From the NCBI GenBank assembly GCA_964550435.1, contig CAZJZI010000008.1, forward strand, positions 94 to 64,093: a stretch of DNA of 64,000 nt. The letters are read 5' to 3'. Shown piece by piece: positions 49,055 to 56,396 of this stretch. Source of the stretch: an uncultured Chitinophagales bacterium (GTDB taxonomy: Bacteria; Bacteroidota; Rhodothermia; Balneolales; HLUCCA01). The position numbers were made by a program, and so were the translations under genes. The notes under the pieces are model-generated. The model ran no database searches, had not been told where the DNA came from, and worked only from the letters and a program-made list of their open reading frames with translations. How positions within the stretch are numbered: the stretch's first letter is position 1; every line of letters begins with the position of its first letter.

Positions 49055-50295
49055 CAGGCTTCAATCAAAGAGTGACCGTTACTATCGATAATTCCGTGTT
49101 TGATACCAACTTTTTTGAACGCATCCAGAATGAAATCCAGTTGATCGTTGGTATGTGTAGCACTATAGCTGGTTCTAACCAAAGACTGACCACGAGGTAC
49201 GGCAGGTGGTACTACTGCATTGACATAGACACCTGACTCGAACAAGTCTTTCCAGAACTGAAAGCATTTGAACATCTCCCCAATTACAACAGGTATGATA
49301 GGTGTTTGAGAAGTCCACATATTGAAACCTAATTGACTCAAACCGGATCTCATGTAATCAGATATCTCTTTGAGCCTATCCAGTCTCCAGGTTTCTTCCT
49401 GAAGTATTTCAAGCGCTTTAAGTACAGTTGCTACATTTGCAGGAGGCATTGATGCACTAAAAATATGTGCAGGAGAAACGTGTCTTATATATTCGATCAC
49501 TTTGTAATCTCCAACAAGGAAACCACCTAGAGACGCAAAAGACTTGGAAAAGGTCCCACTTATTAGATCCACATCATCGAGTAATCCGAATGCTGATGCT
49601 GAACCACGTCCGGCTTCACCAATTACCCCGATAGCGTGTGCATCATCCAGATATAGACGGGCGCCGAATTCTTTGGCTAAAGAAACAAGTTCAGGAATGT
49701 TGGCAAGTGCACCTGACATTGAAAACACACCATCACTGACAATAATCTTACCAACTTTCGGATCTTCTCTCTCGAGTAGTTTACGAAGATGATCCATGTC
49801 GTTATGAGTAAATCTGACTGTCTTTGCCGCTGAACAAAGAGTACCCACTACAATACATGCATGGTTGTCTTTATCAGAAAAAATTACATCATTTCGACCT
49901 GCAATAGTTTGTATTGAACCCTCATTGGTCTGATACCCTGTACTGAACAAAACACACGCTTCTTTTCTCATGAATACTGCGAGTTTTTCTTCAAGTTCAA
50001 GGTGAATATCAAGTGTACCATTCAGATAACGCGACCCGGTACATCCAGATCCATATTTCAAAATAGCAGCACGGGCAGCCTCAAGTACCCGTGGATCGTT
50101 TGTCAATCCAAGGTAATTATTAGATCCGGCCATGATTACTTCACGCCCTTCAATCTTCACAACGGTACCATCGGTGGCCGTAAGTGGTTTGAAATAGGGA
50201 TATAATCCCGAAGCTCTTACTTCTTCAGCTTTAGTGAATTCGTAGGCTTTATTGAAAATGTCGTTTGGTCTTACACCCGTTTGTGGATTGGCCAT
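49054..50295 (-). CDS. PLP-dependent alpha-oxoamine synthase, serine palmitoyltransferase-like
   Basis: 413 aa with LYPYFKPL, NNYLGLTNDPRV, GSGCTGSRYLNGTLDIH, DDAHAIG, SGTFSKSFASLGGF (PLP lysine) and LYVNAVVPPAVPRGQSLVRTSYSATHT. The GSRxLNGT version resembles Spt/CFAT rather than BioF or Kbl. Confidence 0.8.
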   Translation of the reverse strand: MANPQTGVRPNDIFNKAYEFTKAEEVRASGLYPYFKPLTATDGTVVKIEGREVIMAGSNNYLGLTNDPRVLEAARAAILKYGSGCTGSRYLNGTLDIHLELEEKLAVFMRKEACVLFSTGYQTNEGSIQTIAGRNDVIFSDKDNHACIVVGTLCSAAKTVRFTHNDMDHLRKLLEREDPKVGKIIVSDGVFSMSGALANIPELVSLAKEFGARLYLDDAHAIGVIGEAGRGSASAFGLLDDVDLISGTFSKSFASLGGFLVGDYKVIEYIRHVSPAHIFSASMPPANVATVLKALEILQEETWRLDRLKEISDYMRSGLSQLGFNMWTSQTPIIPVVIGEMFKCFQFWKDLFESGVYVNAVVPPAVPRGQSLVRTSYSATHTNDQLDFILDAFKKVGIKHGIIDSNGHSLIEA

Positions 50296-50332
50296 CCTAA
50301 ATAATTCTAGACTTTACGTTAATTTAATGTTA

Positions 50333-50363
50333 CAAATATAGGTAGTATTCACTTGCAATCAAA
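50333..50363 (-). promoter_or_regulatory. Candidate Bacteroidota-type promoter (TTTG-N19-TATATTTG) for the AOS/GNAT pair
   Basis: The minus strand reads cATTTG-attgcaagtgaatactacc-TATATTTG. That is a -33 TTTG, a 19-nt spacer and a -7 TAnnTTTG box, with the -7 box ending 37 nt upstream of the ATG at 50295. Confidence 0.45.
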
Positions 50364-50385
50364 TGCTGTTAACAGCTCAAATTCG

Positions 50386-51513
50386 TCATTTTCTTGATTC
50401 GCAAACCTGGACTAAATAATCTGTGTATCGAGTTGCAACCTTTTCCCATGTAAAATTATCAAACACATACGATTTACAACTTTCCGAAAGTTCTGTTATG
50501 TCGGAGGAGAGTAATTCATTTATAACTGATGCAAACCTGGAAAAATCTCCAACGGCAATTTTATATCCGTTCTTACCGTCAGTAATTACATCTTTTATAC
50601 CTTCTAAGTCAGAAGCAACAACAGGAGTTCCCAAAAGATTCGCTTCAAGCATCACTACACCAAAACCTTCCATATCTCCTGGTACAACTATGTTGGGCAT
50701 GACAAACAAATCTGAGGCACAATATGAGATATTTAATACTTCATCTGGCTGTTTTCCAAGCAGATAAACACTCTTTTCTACTTTCAGATCAGCTATTGCT
50801 TTTTGAATCGACTGTCGTTCGGGTCCGTCACCAAGAATTAGATATACTACATTATCTCCTAATCGTGGTATTACATTAGTAATAAACCATGCATGTCCCT
50901 TTCTCTTTACCAATCTACCGGTAGTCAAAATGATCTTTTTATTCTCAAGATCCCTGCCAATGAGTCGACCTATCGATTTTCGAGCTTCTGTTTTATTACA
51001 ATCGCCAACATTGAAATCATCGGGTGAGAATCCATTTGGAATTGCTACCCCTTTTTCGGGTATCATTCCACGATCAATACATGCTTGCCGAGTAGCGCGA
51101 CTAACGCTTATGACCCCATCTAGTGCACTAAATATCTTGGGTACGTACTTTTGATAAAAGTAAACCGGCAATGTTACGTCCTGACCGTGGTTAATAGTGA
51201 CCATAGGCACGTTGATGCGCTTTCTCAAAAAGGGTGCCAGAGCTGCCGTCACCATCGAAGAAAAAAGGACAACATCGGGTTTGAAAGCTTCTACTTTTGA
51301 AGGTAATTCAACCAGGTTTTTGAGCAAAAACTTGGTGGTAGATAATCCAATATTACCCCATTCGGCTTCCAACTTAATGGTCTCAATAGTTACGTTTGGA
51401 TTTCGTTTTAATGTTTCAACCAGTTGCAGGCTAACACGTTGCATGCCACCCATGTTCTTCAAAGGTGCGTCAAACGGTGGATGTAAATGCGTCAAATAAA
51501 GAATCTTAAGCAT
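50386..51513 (-). CDS. Family-4 (GT-B) glycosyltransferase
   Basis: 375 aa with RLVKRKG and MEGFGVVMLEANLLGTPVVASDLEGIKDVITDGKNGY (EX7E motif). Confidence 0.85.
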   Translation of the reverse strand: MLKILYLTHLHPPFDAPLKNMGGMQRVSLQLVETLKRNPNVTIETIKLEAEWGNIGLSTTKFLLKNLVELPSKVEAFKPDVVLFSSMVTAALAPFLRKRINVPMVTINHGQDVTLPVYFYQKYVPKIFSALDGVISVSRATRQACIDRGMIPEKGVAIPNGFSPDDFNVGDCNKTEARKSIGRLIGRDLENKKIILTTGRLVKRKGHAWFITNVIPRLGDNVVYLILGDGPERQSIQKAIADLKVEKSVYLLGKQPDEVLNISYCASDLFVMPNIVVPGDMEGFGVVMLEANLLGTPVVASDLEGIKDVITDGKNGYKIAVGDFSRFASVINELLSSDITELSESCKSYVFDNFTWEKVATRYTDYLVQVCESRK

Positions 51514-52664
51514 TACCCTCTTGTGGATTTAAACATTTCTATAGCTTCGTTATAGTTACAAACAAGTTGTGAAAAAATTTGGTCCCAGGTAAATCTGGAA
51601 GCAAACTCGATGGCGTTCCTTCCCATTTGTTTTCGTAGATTCTCGTCATGAGATAACAATAAAATTCTGTCAATAAACTCATTCTCATCTTTTGGAGTGA
51701 CCAGGAATCCGTTGTAACCATGGTCCACTAATGATCTGTTTCCCTGGGCATTCGCAACCACAACTGGAACTCCACTGGCCTGCGCCTCAAGGGTCACATT
51801 TCCAAATGTCTCGGTAATGGAAGGGAACATAAAAACATCACTACTTGCGTAGATTCGGGCAAGATTCTCACCTTTTTGATAACCAACGAAACAAGTGTTT
51901 GGCATAGTCGACCTAAGTTCATCACCTGCTGGACCTTCACCAACTATAACAGTTTTGATTTTAGGATTCCGTTTGTGAAGTTCATTAAATACTGCTCGGA
52001 GAGTCCTCATTTCTTTTTCCCAAACAAGTCGGGAAACAAAACTAACTACCACATCATCTTTTTGAATACCATTATCAGTTCGCCACTCCTCATCTCTTTT
52101 CGTAGGATTAAACGCGTCAGGTTCTATACCTCTAGCCCAAATTCTGAGGCCGTCCCGAATTCCATGTTTTGCTAGCCCCGTAATCATAGATTCTGACGGG
52201 ACGTACGTATGCACGCAGTTGCCGTAGAAAAAACGAAGATACGCCCACAATGCTGGTTCAAGCAGACTCATTTTATAGTATTCCAGATAACTGGAAAAAT
52301 GAGTGTGATAGGATGAGACTACTGCATAATTTCGATCTATAGAGAACATTAATGCCTGCAAACCCGTGTAATCAGGTGTAGCTATGTGAACAAGATTTGG
52401 ATTAAAATGAGCAATTTCATTCTTGATCTTATCGGTCAAACCCAATCCAATTCTGTATTCTGCTCGCCCAGGCATAGCATAAGATGGAATAGCAATCAAT
52501 TTTCCTGCATGCTTAATTGGCGGATTATCGATGGTTGGTGCAACTATTAATACATCATGCCCATGGGACTCCAGATATCGGACAAGTCGATTTAACGTTA
52601 ATGAAACACCATCCGGCACATGGTTGTAATTACCCGTTACTAATACTATTCTGAGTTTGTTCAT
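51513..52664 (-). CDS. Family-4 glycosyltransferase, lipid-glycosyltransferase-like (SqdX / glycosyl-DAG synthase-like N-terminus)
   Basis: It has RIVLVTGNYNHVPDGVSLTLNRLVRYLESHGHDVLIVAP and ETFGNVTLEAQASGVPVVVANAQGNRSLVDHGYNGF. The track start at 52742 is a TTG; the ATG at 52664 (MNKLRIV) is preferred. Its stop overlaps the next start (TAATG). Confidence 0.85.
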   Translation of the reverse strand: MNKLRIVLVTGNYNHVPDGVSLTLNRLVRYLESHGHDVLIVAPTIDNPPIKHAGKLIAIPSYAMPGRAEYRIGLGLTDKIKNEIAHFNPNLVHIATPDYTGLQALMFSIDRNYAVVSSYHTHFSSYLEYYKMSLLEPALWAYLRFFYGNCVHTYVPSESMITGLAKHGIRDGLRIWARGIEPDAFNPTKRDEEWRTDNGIQKDDVVVSFVSRLVWEKEMRTLRAVFNELHKRNPKIKTVIVGEGPAGDELRSTMPNTCFVGYQKGENLARIYASSDVFMFPSITETFGNVTLEAQASGVPVVVANAQGNRSLVDHGYNGFLVTPKDENEFIDRILLLSHDENLRKQMGRNAIEFASRFTWDQIFSQLVCNYNEAIEMFKSTRG

Positions 52665-52678
52665 TTTAACTATGTGAA

Positions 52679-52705
52679 CACGTAAAATGATGCTTATTTT
52701 ACGTG
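52679..52705. promoter_or_regulatory. Perfect 10-bp inverted repeat in the divergent control region (operator candidate)
   Basis: CACGTAAAAT (52679..52688), 7 nt, ATTTTACGTG (52696..52705). It lies 15 nt upstream of the GT4 start and 52 nt upstream of the SDR start. Confidence 0.4.
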
Positions 52706-52756
52706 AAATATGAGCTCCGAAAGCGGTTTGCACAAACTTCAAATATACGAAATATT

Positions 52757-53728
52757 ATGAAAGCCTTTATTACCGGAGGAACGGGATTTATTGGGAGTCA
52801 TTTGGTTGACCAACTGATCAAAGAGGGGGATCATGAACTAAGATGCATGGTCCGAAATAATGAAAAATGGCTTGAAGGAAAAGACTACAAAAAAATTACA
52901 TGTGACCTTAACGATATTTCAGCACTTCAAAAAGCAATGGACGGTGTAGATGTCGTTTTTCATCTTGCAGGTGTTGTGAAAGCAAAGGAGACACGTATTT
53001 TTGAAAGAGTAAATGTGGAAGGAACCGAAAATCTGTTGCGGGTTGCTCAAAAATTAAGTATTCCAAAAATTATCATTTCATCATCACAGGCCGCCGCTGG
53101 ACCAAGTTATAATGAACCTATTTCTGAGGATGACGAAATGATGCCTGTGAGTCGTTATGGTGAGTCTAAAATGCGCATGGAGAACATGATCCATAAAATT
53201 GCTGATCAGTCACAACAAGTTACAATTATCAGACCATCATCAGTCTATGGTCCACGGGAAGAGGATATCTACACGTTTTTCAAAGTAGCTTCCAAAGGTA
53301 TTTGTCCGATTATTGGTCGTGGACATGGCAAGTCGATATCTATGGCACATGTTAATGACATTGTAGATGGGATATTGCTTGCGGCTAAACATGAGCATAC
53401 TGGCGTAAGAACATATTTTTTGTCCAGTGAACGTGGTTATAACTGGCACGAAATACGCGATGCAACATCAAATGCATTGGGCAAAAAACTATTAACGATT
53501 AATGTACCTGCCAGAATGGTGAAATCGGTCGGAAAAATTACTGAGAAAACAGCATCATTTTTTGGCAATTATCCCGTTATGAATGAAGACAAAGCTCGTG
53601 AGATGGTTCTTTCTTGGGTATGCTCGGTAGACAGAGCCATAAAAGAATTGGGATTCAAACAAAAAATCGACTTGAACGAAGGTATTCATAACACAATAAA
53701 TTGGTATAAGCGACATAACTGGCTTTAA
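52757..53728 (+). CDS. NAD(P)-dependent epimerase/dehydratase-family extended SDR
   Basis: It has the Rossmann motif MKAFITGGTGFIGSHL at the N-terminus and the catalytic YGESK. The track start at 52703 is a GTG; the ATG at 52757 is preferred. Confidence 0.85.
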   Translation: MKAFITGGTGFIGSHLVDQLIKEGDHELRCMVRNNEKWLEGKDYKKITCDLNDISALQKAMDGVDVVFHLAGVVKAKETRIFERVNVEGTENLLRVAQKLSIPKIIISSSQAAAGPSYNEPISEDDEMMPVSRYGESKMRMENMIHKIADQSQQVTIIRPSSVYGPREEDIYTFFKVASKGICPIIGRGHGKSISMAHVNDIVDGILLAAKHEHTGVRTYFLSSERGYNWHEIRDATSNALGKKLLTINVPARMVKSVGKITEKTASFFGNYPVMNEDKAREMVLSWVCSVDRAIKELGFKQKIDLNEGIHNTINWYKRHNWL

Positions 53729-53730
53729 AC

Positions 53731-55248
53731 ATGATTAAACTCAAGGTATTCTTTCTACTTATCGCAGGTATATTCTCAAATGATGCGATCGCACAAACAA
53801 CGATAGTAGCTTCACCGCAGAGCGTTAATCGGATTCCCGATCTGATTTCAATCAGTTCAAGTGCAACACACCTTTACGTATTATCAGAATCTGATGGTTT
53901 AATTGTATATCGAACCAACACCGACACATTACAGTATATTTTCACCTCCGAAGGTATGCAGCAACGTGGTCATACTTTGGTATCAGATGTCAGATTTGCC
54001 TATCAATTTGGACAAGGAAACAGGATAACGGTGATCGAACCTACTTCCCTACTTGGTGTGTATTCGTCTACCAATTTACCAAATGACCCACTTTCAGTAT
54101 CAAGGGTTGCAACGACACTATACATAGCCACTGGGTCTGGTGGACTTCTTTCGTTACCATTAGATTCTCCATCTGCTTTTGATACCGAACCTGTTATTGT
54201 AACTATTCCTGGTAATAATGCAGCTGTTATTGATCTCATTTCAGTTTCAAACAGATTCTATGCATTACTCGAAAACGGAAATCTTGCAGAGTTTTCGATC
54301 AGTGGTGACGATATCAAGTTCCTACAAATACTTGTAACTGGCATTTCAGAAGCAAAACGCCTACATCAGGTTGATGGACAGCTTCACGCCAGTGACAATC
54401 TAGGTAACCTTTACATTCTTCAATCAAGTGGCGATGCAAGATTAAAAACCGAATTTGATTCTCCCATATCCAAAATCGATCGCTGGAATGATATTTACAT
54501 TGTTCGTACAGAATCCGGACAATTATTTAGGATGGAGCCAAATGGTAGAAAAACCACATTACTTAGTGAAACGAATAATGGAAATCATTTTGCCATAGCT
54601 GATAATTCATTGTGGATTGCCACCTATGACCTTCTGGCTAGGTATACTATTACTACTCAAAGACCAGGTACCACCGTACTAGCCAACTCCGGGCGCCTAA
54701 GTTTCAGCCCGATACCTAATCAAATCATTACAATCCCAAGAGCTGTCTTACTTCCCTTGGAAACAAGCGGTGTAAAACCCAATGAAGTCCGATTTCAAAT
54801 AGAGAGTGACGTTAATAATGCAGAAATCCGAGGCAATGGATTCTATTGGCAACCCAGTTTGAGTCAAACTGGTATTCACCAGTTTAGCATCAATGCAATT
54901 TCATCAAATGGACAAACAGTCAGGCAATCATTCACGGTAGATGTCAGATCATTTAACTCACCGCCAAGGTTCAACCCTACAAGACCAATTACTATTTCAG
55001 TCGAGGAGAATTTTACCCTTCCAATAAAAGCAATTGACCCGGATGGCGTAGATCAGGATCTTATACGATATCACGGAGTAGATTTACCAGAAGGTTCATC
55101 GATTAGTGAAAGAACTGGAATGTTTAGCTGGACACCGGACAGAAGACAGGTTGGAGACCACGAATTCCGTGTAATTGCTACCGATCAGTTTGGTGCTGCT
55201 ACTTCACAAACCGTATCCATAACTGTTCGAAACCTGAATCGAAACTAA
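53731..55248 (+). CDS. Secreted protein: beta-propeller-like repeats + two cadherin-like/putative-Ig (He_PIG-like) domains
   Basis: 505 aa with a signal peptide (FFLLIAGIFSNDAIAQ). Repeats include THLYVLSESDGLIVYR, TTLYIATGSGGLLSL and DIYIVRTESGQLFRM. The C-terminal segments FYWQPSLSQTGIHQFSINA and FSWTPDRRQVGDHEFRVIATDQFG are typical of putative-Ig domains. Confidence 0.72.
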   Translation: MIKLKVFFLLIAGIFSNDAIAQTTIVASPQSVNRIPDLISISSSATHLYVLSESDGLIVYRTNTDTLQYIFTSEGMQQRGHTLVSDVRFAYQFGQGNRITVIEPTSLLGVYSSTNLPNDPLSVSRVATTLYIATGSGGLLSLPLDSPSAFDTEPVIVTIPGNNAAVIDLISVSNRFYALLENGNLAEFSISGDDIKFLQILVTGISEAKRLHQVDGQLHASDNLGNLYILQSSGDARLKTEFDSPISKIDRWNDIYIVRTESGQLFRMEPNGRKTTLLSETNNGNHFAIADNSLWIATYDLLARYTITTQRPGTTVLANSGRLSFSPIPNQIITIPRAVLLPLETSGVKPNEVRFQIESDVNNAEIRGNGFYWQPSLSQTGIHQFSINAISSNGQTVRQSFTVDVRSFNSPPRFNPTRPITISVEENFTLPIKAIDPDGVDQDLIRYHGVDLPEGSSISERTGMFSWTPDRRQVGDHEFRVIATDQFGAATSQTVSITVRNLNRN

Positions 55249-55255
55249 TCTGACC

Positions 55256-56344
55256 TTGGACCAGTTTCCCGATCAAGCCTTACTGGATTGGTATGACAAA
55301 CAAAAACGCCCTCTTTTGTGGCGCGAGAATACGGATCCCTACCCTATTTGGGTATCTGAAGTCATGCTTCAACAAACCAGAGTAGATCAGGCAAGTCCCT
55401 TCTTTGAACGATTTATGAACCGTTTTCCCAATGTTCATGAACTTGCTGATGCTGAGCAGCAAGAGGTACTAAAATACTGGGAAGGACTTGGATATTACTC
55501 CAGAGCAAGAAATCTACACAACGGCGCAAGACAAGTCATAAATCAGTTTGAGGGTGAAATTCCAGATTCCTGGAATGAGTTAAGAAGTATCAAAGGAATA
55601 GGCGATTATACTGCTTCAGCAATCCTGAGTATCGCATTTAACAAACCATATGGTGTATTGGATGGAAACGTAATTCGGGTTCTTTCTAGATATTTAAATC
55701 ACGAAGGCGATGTAACAAAAACAGTAGTAAAAAAGGAACTACAATCATTTTGCAATCAAATTATACCATTGAAGCGACCTGGTGATTTTAATCAGGCAAT
55801 AATGGAACTCGGCGCAACTGTTTGTACTCCAAAGAAACCAAAATGTGAGGTATGTCCTCTGAATAGCAGATGTTTGAATTCCTTCAACATCAGAAATGAG
55901 CGTATTCCATATAAACCGTGTAAACCCAAGACACCTCATCACAACATAGTTGTAGCAGTAATACTTGATCCAAAAACGAACAGAGTTCTAATTTCTAAAA
56001 GAAAGCAGGATGTCATGTTGGGTGGACTCTGGGAGTTTCCTGGAGGGAAAGTGAAGCAAGGTGAGTCCTTGCATGATGCATTAATTCGGGAGATTCACGA
56101 AGAAACCGAAATAACAGTAGAAAACATCCAAAAGCTCACAACAATTAAGCACGCTTACAGCCACTTTAAAATTACACTTACTGCTTTTGTTTGTTATCAC
56201 TTCAGTGGGTATCCAAAACCTAAAGAATCAGATGAGATACGTTGGGTAAGACTAAACGAGCTTGACGAGTATCCATTCCCAAAAGCAAATTTGAAATTCA
56301 TTCCACTTGTAAAAGATTACTTTTCTAATGATTTTCTTAAATAG
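55256..56344 (+). CDS. mutY: A/G-specific adenine DNA glycosylase
   Basis: 362 aa with PYPIWVSEVMLQQTRV, GLGYYSRARNLH, the Fe-S loop CTPKKPKCEVCPLNSRC and a C-terminal NUDIX-like domain (GLWEFPGGKV). It uses a TTG start. Confidence 0.9.
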   Translation: MDQFPDQALLDWYDKQKRPLLWRENTDPYPIWVSEVMLQQTRVDQASPFFERFMNRFPNVHELADAEQQEVLKYWEGLGYYSRARNLHNGARQVINQFEGEIPDSWNELRSIKGIGDYTASAILSIAFNKPYGVLDGNVIRVLSRYLNHEGDVTKTVVKKELQSFCNQIIPLKRPGDFNQAIMELGATVCTPKKPKCEVCPLNSRCLNSFNIRNERIPYKPCKPKTPHHNIVVAVILDPKTNRVLISKRKQDVMLGGLWEFPGGKVKQGESLHDALIREIHEETEITVENIQKLTTIKHAYSHFKITLTAFVCYHFSGYPKPKESDEIRWVRLNELDEYPFPKANLKFIPLVKDYFSNDFLK

Positions 56345-56396
56345 TCGTTTCAGAATAACTTTGAAAGTACTATTATTTAGCGTTTAACAAGGGAAT

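Noticed and set aside
49054-50295. Annotation of the alpha-oxoamine synthase as BioF (biotin) or Kbl (threonine catabolism)
   Set aside because: No bioA/B/D or tdh genes are adjacent. The GSRYLNGT motif and the N-terminal LYPYF segment look Spt/CFAT-like. The gene is translationally coupled to a GNAT-type acyltransferase. This is not fully excluded without phylogeny.
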